Shown here: positions 56,513-64,000 of the stretch, piece after piece
Layout: each line of letters opens with the position of its first letter
Numbering within the stretch: the first letter of the stretch is position 1
Assembly (NCBI GenBank): GCA_964638585.1
Contig: CAZXAN010000002.1
Location: 9,291 to 73,290, forward strand
Direction: 5' to 3'
Length of the DNA stretch: 64,000 nucleotides
Source: an uncultured Candidatus Saccharibacteria bacterium
Lineage (GTDB): Bacteria > Patescibacteriota > Minisyncoccia > Phycocordibacterales > Phycocordibacteraceae
Notes under the pieces: generated by a model
What the model was told of the DNA's origin: nothing
Seen by the model: the letters and a program-made list of their open reading frames with translations, nothing else
The model's database searches: none
Program-made: the position numbers and the translations under genes

Positions 56513-57856
56513 ATGCAAGTAGGGCGTTGGAATCATCAAACATCAACAAGTAGTGGCAGGAGCAGTTCGCAGAGTGCAGGTCGCTCTTATTCTTCACGCC
56601 CACCACAGCGTGGCGGTGCTAGCCGTTTTCCATCTCGCGGTGCGTATGGCGCGCGTGGCGGATACAGTGGCAGACCGAGTTTTGGAAGTAGGGGAGGGAG
56701 TCGCGGCGGCGGAGCACGCCGCGGAGGCTTCGGCGTATTCGGCGAGACAGAAGCAGAAATTTCAAAATTTATGAACAAGACGGTCGTTACTACCGAGGAG
56801 CCGGTGTTCATTCCAGAGCACAAGTTCTCAGATTTTGACATAAACGAACATCTCAAAAAAAATATCACTGCAAGAAAATACGAAAACCCAACTCCTATTC
56901 AGGATAAGGCTATTCCGCACGCGCTACTCGGCCAAGACGTCGTCGGCCTCGCCGCCACAGGCACAGGGAAGACGGCGGCATTTCTTATTCCACTTATTGA
57001 TAAGGTCGTGAAGCAGAAAGGCGAACGCATTCTTATTATGGCGCCGACTCGAGAGCTCGCAGTGCAGATAGAAAAAGAACTTGCAGGTTTCGCGCGAGGT
57101 CTCGGTTTTCGCGGTATGGTCGCGGTAGGCGGTGCGAATATCGGCCCACAGATTTCTCAACTGAAGCACAGTCCGGCGTTCGTTATAGGTACTCCAGGCA
57201 GATTAAAGGATTTGATGGAGCGCCGTGCGCTCGACCTATCAGGCTTCGGCACGGTCGTCTTGGACGAGGCAGACCGCATGCTAGACATGGGCTTCATTGA
57301 TGATATGCGTTCTATCTTGAGCAAGATGCGCAAAGAGCGTCACACGCTCTTCTTCTCGGCGACGATGGGTAAGGATATTGAGCGTCTTATCGGAGACTTT
57401 CTTACCAGCCCAGTAACCATCTCTGTTAAGACGCGCGACACGCCAAATAGTGTTGACCAGGACGTTGTGAGGATACCTCGCGGAAAGGATAAATTTGAAG
57501 TTCTGTCGGAGATGTTAAAGGATCGAGAGTTTAGCAAGGTGCTTGTATTCGGCCGGACCAAGTTCGGCGTAGAGAAGCTCGCCAAGGCCCTCTCTCGACT
57601 ACACATCCATTCTGAGAGTATCCACGGCAATAAGACCCAGGGAGCGCGCCAGAGGGCTCTGGAGGCTTTTAAGGCAGGGAAGGTCACTGTCCTCGTGGCG
57701 ACCGATGTTGCCGCACGCGGTATCGACATCCCAGCTGTATCGCACGTTATCAACTATGATCTACCGTCTACCTATGAGGACTACGTCCACCGAATCGGCC
57801 GCACCGGCCGCGCTGCGCTGAAGGGCAAAGCACTCACTTTCGTCCAAGGCCGCTAG
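56513..57856 (+). CDS. DEAD-box ATP-dependent RNA helicase with N-terminal RGG/SR-rich low-complexity extension
   Basis: Q-motif, AATGTGKT, DEAD (VVLDEADRMLDMGF), SAT, HRIGRTGRA; residues ~10-75 Arg/Gly/Ser-rich. Confidence 0.85.
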   Translation: MQVGRWNHQTSTSSGRSSSQSAGRSYSSRPPQRGGASRFPSRGAYGARGGYSGRPSFGSRGGSRGGGARRGGFGVFGETEAEISKFMNKTVVTTEEPVFIPEHKFSDFDINEHLKKNITARKYENPTPIQDKAIPHALLGQDVVGLAATGTGKTAAFLIPLIDKVVKQKGERILIMAPTRELAVQIEKELAGFARGLGFRGMVAVGGANIGPQISQLKHSPAFVIGTPGRLKDLMERRALDLSGFGTVVLDEADRMLDMGFIDDMRSILSKMRKERHTLFFSATMGKDIERLIGDFLTSPVTISVKTRDTPNSVDQDVVRIPRGKDKFEVLSEMLKDREFSKVLVFGRTKFGVEKLAKALSRLHIHSESIHGNKTQGARQRALEAFKAGKVTVLVATDVAARGIDIPAVSHVINYDLPSTYEDYVHRIGRTGRAALKGKALTFVQGR

Positions 57857-57860
57857 TTTT

Positions 57861-57897
57861 CGTAAGGTGTCACCTTGCTACAAGGTGACACCTTACG
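57861..57897. terminator. 16-bp perfect inverted repeat CGTAAGGTGTCACCTT-gctac-AAGGTGACACCTTACG between convergent helicase and recR
   Basis: Each arm is itself the AAGGTG-N-CACCTT palindrome seen at 44205 and 44703. Confidence 0.55.
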
Positions 57898-57900
57898 GAA

Positions 57901-58521
57901 TTAGGTTTCTTTGCGGTTGGTTAGGGCGGCGCGGAGGGTCTCGGCGTCGGAGTATTCGAGCTCACTGCCGGTGGCGAGGCCGCGGCCGAGCTCAGATATC
58001 TTCAGGTGATCGCGATGTGGCGCGAGGAGCTCGCGCACACGGTCGGTCGTGTGCTCGCCTTCGCTTGTTGCAGAGAGAGCTAGCACTACTTCTTTGAGGG
58101 ACGTTAGACGTCCCTCACGGGGGATGAGGCGACGTTCAATCGTTTTTAGTAATTCTTTTTCGCGTATAGCGCCCTTGCCCGAGAGAGTTAGCACGCCGCC
58201 GAGAACAAAATAGCGGCCGCGGTAGGTACCAGCGCGTTCGACTGCAGATAAGTCTTGATCCTTTTCTACTATCATCAGGAGAGAGTCATCGCGCTTAGTG
58301 TCAGAACAGTAATTACAAATGATTGCCGTACCTCCATTATAGAAGCGCAAGCACTCGGGACATTGGCGAACGTCTTTGCCCAACGTTGCAATGAGTTCTG
58401 TGAGCCTCTTGCGCTCGTCAACGGGAGCGGAGAGTAGATAATAAACAAAGCGCTTGCCCTGCCTCGGGCCGATACCGGGGAAGCGGGCGAGCGCACGTGC
58501 GAGTTCTTCAATGTGATCCAT
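57901..58521 (-). CDS. recR: Recombination protein RecR
   Basis: HhH GIGPRQGKRF, C4 zinc finger CPECLRF...CNYC, Toprim. Confidence 0.85.
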   Translation of the reverse strand: MDHIEELARALARFPGIGPRQGKRFVYYLLSAPVDERKRLTELIATLGKDVRQCPECLRFYNGGTAIICNYCSDTKRDDSLLMIVEKDQDLSAVERAGTYRGRYFVLGGVLTLSGKGAIREKELLKTIERRLIPREGRLTSLKEVVLALSATSEGEHTTDRVRELLAPHRDHLKISELGRGLATGSELEYSDAETLRAALTNRKET

Positions 58522-58526
58522 GTTGG

Positions 58527-58610
58527 TAGGCGTTAGGCTTTAGGCTATAGGCTTTAGCTAAAAAATACAACTCCTGAAAACTAATGCCTAGAGCCTAGTG
58601 CCTAAAATTC
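58527..58610. repeat. MITE-like GCCTA/TAGGC heptad element (second full copy)
   Basis: TAGGCGTTAGGCTTTAGGCTATAGGCTTTAGCTA-aaaaatacaactcctgaaaacta-ATGCCTAGAGCCTAGTGCCTAAAATTC. Confidence 0.5.
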
Positions 58611-59978
58611 TTGTGCCAACTCACCGTAACCTGCTTTATCCATCGGCTGGAAGGTCGTGCGTTTGTCGTCAAAGTAGAGTTCTACTTTTCCTATTGGACC
58701 GTTGCGGTGTTTTTCTATCAAAATTTCAGCGACACCAGGGCGCTCGCTCTCTTTATTCGTTTTGTCATCGCGATGTATAAACATAACGACGTCAGCATCT
58801 TGTTCAATAGAACCGGAGTCGCGCAGGTCCGAGAGGCGCGGTCTGCCACCGCGCTGTTCTACCGCGCGAGAAAGCTGTGAGAGCGCGATGACGGGCACCT
58901 CTAGCTCGCGCGCGAGCCCCTTCAAGGAGCGCGAAATTTCAGTAATCTGCTGGACCATAGAGTCAGAGGCTTTTGTCGTCGTTGGCGCCATGAGCTGGAG
59001 ATAATCAACTACGATAAGGCCAATACCTCTCTCTCGCTTCAACCTGCGGGCGACGGCGCGCATCGCGAGGATATTGTTGCCTGGCTTGTCATCAATAAAG
59101 ATTGGCGCTTTTGAGAGTATCTCTAATGCATCGCGAATGCGACTAAAATCTTCCTCTTCTTTGACTTGTCCAGTTCGCAATTTCCACGAGTTCACAAAAG
59201 ACTCTGCAGATAGCATGCGGTCAATAATCTGTTCGGAGCTCATTTCAAGAGAGAAGATGCCTACAGGCACGTTGTGACGAACAGCAGCGTTGCGAGCGAT
59301 ATCAAGAGCTAGAGACGTTTTACCGACAGATGGTCGGGCAGCTATGATTACAAGATCAGATGGGTGGAATCCTGATAAGAGATTATCAAGATCAGGAAAG
59401 CCAGACGGCACTCCACGAATGCCGTCTTCTCTCTTAGACAGCGCTTCTATGCGGTCCCAAGCCTCGTGCACCTTATCGCCGATGGCAGTGAATTTGTGTG
59501 CGGCAGATGCGTTACCAATCGCGTAGATACTTTTTTCTGCCTCATCAAGCACCTCCATTGTCTCGCGTGCTTCATCAAATGCCGATTCTGTAATACCGTA
59601 TGCGGCGTCAATAAGGGAACGCATGAGCGACTTGCGCGAAACTAAATCGGCATAGTGTGAGAAGTTGCCCGGCGCTGGTGCAGAGCCGGCAAGTTCGGCG
59701 AGATAACTCCTGCCACCACCGCGCTCTAGTAGTCCTTGATCAAGGAGTCTCTGCGACAGAGATAGAAGATCTATCGGCTCGCCACGATCTGCAAGCTCAC
59801 GCATAGCGGTGTAAATAAGCCTGTGCTTCTCTGCATAAAAAGAATCGCTGTGAATGAGATCCGACACATCGTGAATCGCGTCCGGCTTCAAGAGAAGCGC
59901 ACCGAGAAGCGCGCGTTCAGATTCGAGTGATTGTGGTGGTACGCGATCAACAGAAGCCATTATCCCTGATTGTATCAA
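58602..59978 (-). CDS. dnaB: Replicative DNA helicase DnaB
   Basis: N-terminal domain, Walker A GARPSVGKTS, RecA-like C-domain. Confidence 0.85.
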   Translation of the reverse strand: MIQSGIMASVDRVPPQSLESERALLGALLLKPDAIHDVSDLIHSDSFYAEKHRLIYTAMRELADRGEPIDLLSLSQRLLDQGLLERGGGRSYLAELAGSAPAPGNFSHYADLVSRKSLMRSLIDAAYGITESAFDEARETMEVLDEAEKSIYAIGNASAAHKFTAIGDKVHEAWDRIEALSKREDGIRGVPSGFPDLDNLLSGFHPSDLVIIAARPSVGKTSLALDIARNAAVRHNVPVGIFSLEMSSEQIIDRMLSAESFVNSWKLRTGQVKEEEDFSRIRDALEILSKAPIFIDDKPGNNILAMRAVARRLKRERGIGLIVVDYLQLMAPTTTKASDSMVQQITEISRSLKGLARELEVPVIALSQLSRAVEQRGGRPRLSDLRDSGSIEQDADVVMFIHRDDKTNKESERPGVAEILIEKHRNGPIGKVELYFDDKRTTFQPMDKAGYGELAQEF

Positions 59979-61465
59979 AGAGTCGTCCGAGTCAACACTA
60001 CTCCAGAAGGCCCGTCATCCACATGATATCCACTTTTCTCTATTTCACCGCGTATTCTATCAGCTTCATTAAAGTTCTTTGCAGAACGCGCTAGAGAGCG
60101 GAGTGCTAGCATTTCGCGTATTTGAGAGGGGATATCCGCCTCTTTAATAGCTTCGGTTATAGGAGGGTTTACTAGAGAGAGCCCGAGATGCGCATCTGCA
60201 TCTTCAATGAGCCCCCATTTCTCTTCTGGCGAATAGTCATCGCTCTTAAGAGACTCCCATAAGACTCCAACGGCTTGTGGGGTCGCCAAGTCATCACGAA
60301 TTGCCGCGAGGAAGCGCACGCGAGCTTCAGAATCTTCACTCTCGCGTTTTGATTCTTTAGCAATCTCTGCAGACATCTTCCATAATCTATCAAGCGCACC
60401 AGCGGCGCCGGCAAGTGCGTCCCAAGAAAATGATATTGGAGTGCGATAATGTGCTTGCAAGAAAAAGTAGCGCAACGCTAATGGGTTAAATCCCTGCCTA
60501 CCGGCAGGCAGGCTTTTCGCCGTCACATCAGAGAGATAAAAAACATTCCCGACAGATTTTGAAGCTTTCTCGCCATCTTGCGCATTTAAAAAAGCATTAT
60601 GCATCCAGTAGTGTACAAATGTACGGCCACTGGCCGCTTCTGATTGGGCTATCTCGTTGTTGTGATGCACAGGAGAAAGATCTTCTCCGCCCAAGTGTAT
60701 GTCTATCTCTTGACCCAAGAGTGAGCGTGACATTGCCGAGCACTCAATATGCCAACCGGGGAATCCTTTTCCCCACGGGCTTTCCCACCCAAGCTTGTTA
60801 TCGGGCTTCCATAGTACAAAGTCGGCTGGATTGCGCTTTTCGCGACTCTGTTTTACGCGTATTCCTGATTGTTGAGCGCTTAAATTAATCTCACCAAGCT
60901 TGCCATAGTTTGGGAATTTGGACGTATCAAAGTACACCCCGTCTTTTGTACGATATGTATAACCCTTTTGCTCAAGTGTATTGATTAAGGCTATTTGTTC
61001 GTGGATATAGTCGCTCGCACGCGGGAATATTATCTGTTCTACATCTACCCCAACACTAGCGAGATCCTCAATAAATATAGCGGCATACTTCTCAGACATC
61101 GCGCGCATATTCTCCATCGTGAGCTCTAGCCCCTCGCGTCTAAGGCCTTTTGTCATTTTATCTTCGCCATCGTCGCCGTCGGTGACTAAGTGCCCGAAGT
61201 CAGTGATATTGATCACACGACGTACGCGGTATCCGGCATATTCAAGAGTGCGTGCAACAGTGTCAGAAAAGACATATGCGCGTAGGTTACCAATGTGTGC
61301 CGTGCTGTATGAGGTTGGTCCGCACGTATACATTGAAACTACTTTTGGCTTGACCGGTATAAAAAGTTCTTTACTGCCAGAGATCTCGTTGGTGAAAAAT
61401 ATTCTAGGCGCTTGATTCTGATCAGAATTTTTGCGTTTTTTAAATATGTTATTGAACCATGACAT
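59975..61465 (-). CDS. cysS: Cysteinyl-tRNA synthetase
   Basis: CGPTSYSTAHIGN (HIGH-type) and KASKSVGN (KMSKS-type) motifs, zinc-binding Cys; ATGA overlap with dnaB. Confidence 0.85.
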   Translation of the reverse strand: MSWFNNIFKKRKNSDQNQAPRIFFTNEISGSKELFIPVKPKVVSMYTCGPTSYSTAHIGNLRAYVFSDTVARTLEYAGYRVRRVINITDFGHLVTDGDDGEDKMTKGLRREGLELTMENMRAMSEKYAAIFIEDLASVGVDVEQIIFPRASDYIHEQIALINTLEQKGYTYRTKDGVYFDTSKFPNYGKLGEINLSAQQSGIRVKQSREKRNPADFVLWKPDNKLGWESPWGKGFPGWHIECSAMSRSLLGQEIDIHLGGEDLSPVHHNNEIAQSEAASGRTFVHYWMHNAFLNAQDGEKASKSVGNVFYLSDVTAKSLPAGRQGFNPLALRYFFLQAHYRTPISFSWDALAGAAGALDRLWKMSAEIAKESKRESEDSEARVRFLAAIRDDLATPQAVGVLWESLKSDDYSPEEKWGLIEDADAHLGLSLVNPPITEAIKEADIPSQIREMLALRSLARSAKNFNEADRIRGEIEKSGYHVDDGPSGVVLTRTTL

Positions 61466-61468
61466 AAA

Positions 61469-62389
61469 TTAAGAGATCCAGCGTTTATGTACGAAGAAGA
61501 TTGTGAGCGCAATCGCCACTGCCAGCATGATGCCTAGAACTATCCAAAATCCGTTTGGAGATCCGATAATAGGCATACCCTCTGTGCGCATGGCGAATAT
61601 CCACGCTATGAGGCCAAGTGGCAAGAAGATGAAATTGACTATTGTCAGAGTCTTCATAATTTCATTTTGGCGCGTCTCTAACAAAGCCATGTTCGTCTCT
61701 CGCAGTTCTGCAGTGATTGCGCGGTGCGTCTTGATAAGCTGTGCAATCTGTGTGCGCTCGGCGATCATTCGCTCGGCACGTTCTACAAATGTGTTGCCGA
61801 AGAAGTCCGTCTGCTCAAGCAGTTTTAAGAATCTCATTAATGGGCCTTCTTGATTAGCAAGTGTTGACTCCATATGCAAGAATTCTCTGCTGACACTTGA
61901 TATGAGGCGAACAGTAGTTCGTTCTCGCCCAGAGAACATATCATTTTCAATTGTCTCAAGATGATTTGCCGTGTGGTTGGTGTGGTCGCGCACAGAGGTG
62001 TAGAGGTGTGCGAAGAGTATTTCTAACAAAATGTCTGTAGTTATTGATGCTCGGCCAGTTACAAGCTCTTGTGCCTCAAGAAGCTTCTTCAGGTGGTGCA
62101 GTGGCACAACGACTTCGTAGCGTACAGTTATGATAAAATTATTCCCGACAATAAAATCCATTTCTTGATTTTTTGTATCACCGTCTTCTTCTCCGTGAGA
62201 AGGGAAGTGGAGTACAAGAAGTGCTATGTTGCCATCGCGAGCAGTGAGAGGCGCCGGGGTTGGAGCGAGCACTTCTGTCACGATTCGTTGACCGATTGAA
62301 AATTCTTCGGCAATCTGTCTGACCTCCTTCTCGCTTGGTTGTTCTAGGTCAACCCATACTCCGCCATGGTACTCGTGTCTAAATATCAT
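61469..62389 (-). CDS. corA: CorA-like divalent cation transporter with variant GMP instead of GMN signature
   Basis: Cytoplasmic domain + two C-terminal TM helices with loop MRTEGMPIIGSP. Confidence 0.6.
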   Translation of the reverse strand: MIFRHEYHGGVWVDLEQPSEKEVRQIAEEFSIGQRIVTEVLAPTPAPLTARDGNIALLVLHFPSHGEEDGDTKNQEMDFIVGNNFIITVRYEVVVPLHHLKKLLEAQELVTGRASITTDILLEILFAHLYTSVRDHTNHTANHLETIENDMFSGRERTTVRLISSVSREFLHMESTLANQEGPLMRFLKLLEQTDFFGNTFVERAERMIAERTQIAQLIKTHRAITAELRETNMALLETRQNEIMKTLTIVNFIFLPLGLIAWIFAMRTEGMPIIGSPNGFWIVLGIMLAVAIALTIFFVHKRWIS

Positions 62390-62408
62390 AATTCTAGAAT
62401 ATCACGAC

Positions 62409-62984
62409 TCATGCGAGATTTCTCGCCACGAGTGCAATTGCCAATATGCCAAGCGAATTGAATATGAGTGATACTGGAATAAGAGTTGACATCTTTGCTT
62501 TGGAAAGGCCCATCATCGCGAGTCCAAGCTCATCTGGCAATGGCGACGAGATGACAAGCGCGCCAAGAAAAAACGTTATCCAGCGGAAAACCTTCATTCG
62601 GATTATATGGCGCAGTTTGCCGTTGCCAGAATAGTTTATGAGTCCGACGATGTCTCTGTCGAATCTGTCACGCATGAAGCGAAATATGATTAGGTCGCCG
62701 AATAGTGCTCCGAACCCCCCGAATAGTACTACCGGAACAAGAGAATCTGAAGTTTGCGCTATTTGACCGAGTGTAGCTATTGCAGGGGCAGTAGTGAAAA
62801 TCGAGGTAAAAAATAAACCTGCTATGAAGCTGTCGAGAAACAACAGATGTTCTGTCGACTTAAGAAACTCGTTTATTACTCCAGTTTGAACCAGAAGTAT
62901 CGCGACGATAACGCTGAGAAATATTATCCCTATGTCAACTTTGAAATTATTCTTGACTCGATTTTTTAAATACGCATTCTTCAT
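62409..62984 (-). CDS. Hypothetical 5-6 TM membrane protein
   Basis: 191 aa hydrophobic; no confident family assignment. Confidence 0.35.
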   Translation of the reverse strand: MKNAYLKNRVKNNFKVDIGIIFLSVIVAILLVQTGVINEFLKSTEHLLFLDSFIAGLFFTSIFTTAPAIATLGQIAQTSDSLVPVVLFGGFGALFGDLIIFRFMRDRFDRDIVGLINYSGNGKLRHIIRMKVFRWITFFLGALVISSPLPDELGLAMMGLSKAKMSTLIPVSLIFNSLGILAIALVARNLA

Positions 62985-63074
62985 ATGTTCTTTTGAACGT
63001 TCAGAATAAATAATAACTCATTATTAGAAGTTATACGCTATGCAAGGAGCATAGAACTGGGTATACTGATAAAA

Positions 63075-64000
63075 ATGGAATCAGAGGATATCGTCAAAGC
63101 CGTTGGACAAAACGTAATCAAGCGCGGTGTCTCTCTAGCTCTAGTTGCAGCTATAGCGTTTGGAGCCGGTGTATTTGTCGGAGGAGGTTCTTCTGCATCG
63201 GTCGTGAATCGTATCCCGATCATTGGAGATGGACTTGATGCGACTCCAGCTTCTGGAGTAGATCTAACTGACTTTTGGAAGGCGTGGAATGCACTTGAAG
63301 CGCATTACGTTATAACGCACGCCTCATCAACTATCCCGACTGCAAAAGAGCGTATTTATGGTGCGATGGAGGGGCTAGCATCTTCGTATGGTGATCCTTA
63401 CACAGTATTTATGCCACCTAAGGAGGCGAAACAGTTCGCGGAGAGTATATCTGGTAGCTTTGCAGGAGTTGGAATGGAGATTGATGTTAAAGAGGGTGTA
63501 TTGACTGTGGTTGCTCCTCTTAAAGGCACTCCAGCAGAAAGAGCTGGCATTAAAGCTGGCGATCAGATCATTACGATTGATAGCAAATCAACCGACGGAC
63601 TGTCTGTTGAGAAGGCTGTGAGCCAGATCCGCGGGCCCATAGGCACAACTGTAGAATTCACGATTATACGTGGAGGTAAGGCGTTAAATATAAAAGTAGT
63701 TAGAGATACTATCCAAGTGCCTGAGACAGAAGATGGTTTGGATGCTGGTAGTGGTGTGTATCACATCGCTCTCTATGAGTTCACCTCTAATTCGGCAGAC
63801 TTGTTCAGTCAAGCTTTTGCACGATTTAAAAACTCTGGTTCAAATAAGCTTGTAGTTGATCTGCGAGGCAACCCAGGCGGGTATCTAGATTCAGCAGTAA
63901 ATATAGCAAGTCACTTCTTGCCTAAAGGAGCTGTGATTGTAACAGAAGACTTTGACGGCAAAGAGGGAGAAGAAAATCAGGTGCACACAAGTCTCGGGTA
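63075..64000 (+). CDS. ctpA: C-terminal processing (tail-specific) peptidase, family S41, partial (runs off right edge)
   Basis: N-terminal TM, PDZ (GVGMEIDVKEGVLTVVAPLKGTPAERAGIKAGDQIITID), catalytic region LVVDLRGNPGGYL; not in ORF track because no stop codon inside the window. Confidence 0.7.
   Translation, partial: MESEDIVKAVGQNVIKRGVSLALVAAIAFGAGVFVGGGSSASVVNRIPIIGDGLDATPASGVDLTDFWKAWNALEAHYVITHASSTIPTAKERIYGAMEGLASSYGDPYTVFMPPKEAKQFAESISGSFAGVGMEIDVKEGVLTVVAPLKGTPAERAGIKAGDQIITIDSKSTDGLSVEKAVSQIRGPIGTTVEFTIIRGGKALNIKVVRDTIQVPETEDGLDAGSGVYHIALYEFTSNSADLFSQAFARFKNSGSNKLVVDLRGNPGGYLDSAVNIASHFLPKGAVIVTEDFDGKEGEENQVHTSLG

Noticed and set aside
1-64000. CRISPR arrays and rRNA genes
   Set aside because: There are no regularly spaced repeat-spacer arrays. 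The GCCTA heptads are too short and too irregular. There is no rRNA-like sequence.

Overview
Dense bacterial chromosome segment with small, tightly packed or overlapping genes. By inference it resembles a reduced Patescibacteria/CPR-type genome, but no rRNA gene is present to confirm this.

Housekeeping content:
- Peroxiredoxin, tRNA-Leu, ParB, a short Rel, Csp, MltG, TruB and a VanY-like peptidase.
- A murA - def/fmt (fused) operon.
- Two mreB paralogs, the second followed by mreC-mreD-pbp2, then greA, lysS, proS, rseP, frr and holB.
- A dcw-type block: mraZ-rsmH-ftsL-ftsI-murF, then tRNA-Glu.
- rmuC, rplU, a DEAD-box helicase, recR, dnaB, cysS, a CorA-like gene, and a partial S41 peptidase at the right edge.

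Accessory and unusual content:
1. A tRNA-Asn(GUU) gene split in its anticodon loop by a ~580-nt group I intron that encodes an HNH endonuclease. It is followed by a short direct repeat of the tRNA 3' end and a GC-richer islet (squalene/phytoene-synthase-like gene plus a possible PD-(D/E)xK protein).
2. A prkA-yeaH(DUF444)-spoVR operon.
3. A defense-type island at 38.7-43.9 kb: an EcoRI-like N6-adenine MTase overlapping a DUF262/HNH (GmrSD-like) nuclease, an unknown 155-aa ORF, Mrr and Fic. The Fic gene is bracketed by ~80-bp direct repeats that duplicate the promoter and 5' end of the downstream gene.
4. An insertion hotspot at the 3' end of rmuC, where the last ~90 bp of the gene occur three times and delimit a membrane-protein cassette and a yefM-relE/parE toxin-antitoxin cassette. 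A similar 42-bp duplication of the rseP 3' end flanks another inserted ORF.
5. Several short repeat families: GCCTA-heptad MITE-like elements, a GTAAGGTG-N-CACCTTAC palindrome, a GCAAGGG/CCCTTGC hairpin, and reused terminator modules.

No CRISPR array or rRNA gene was seen. All calls are from reading the sequence and translations by eye; no searches were run.
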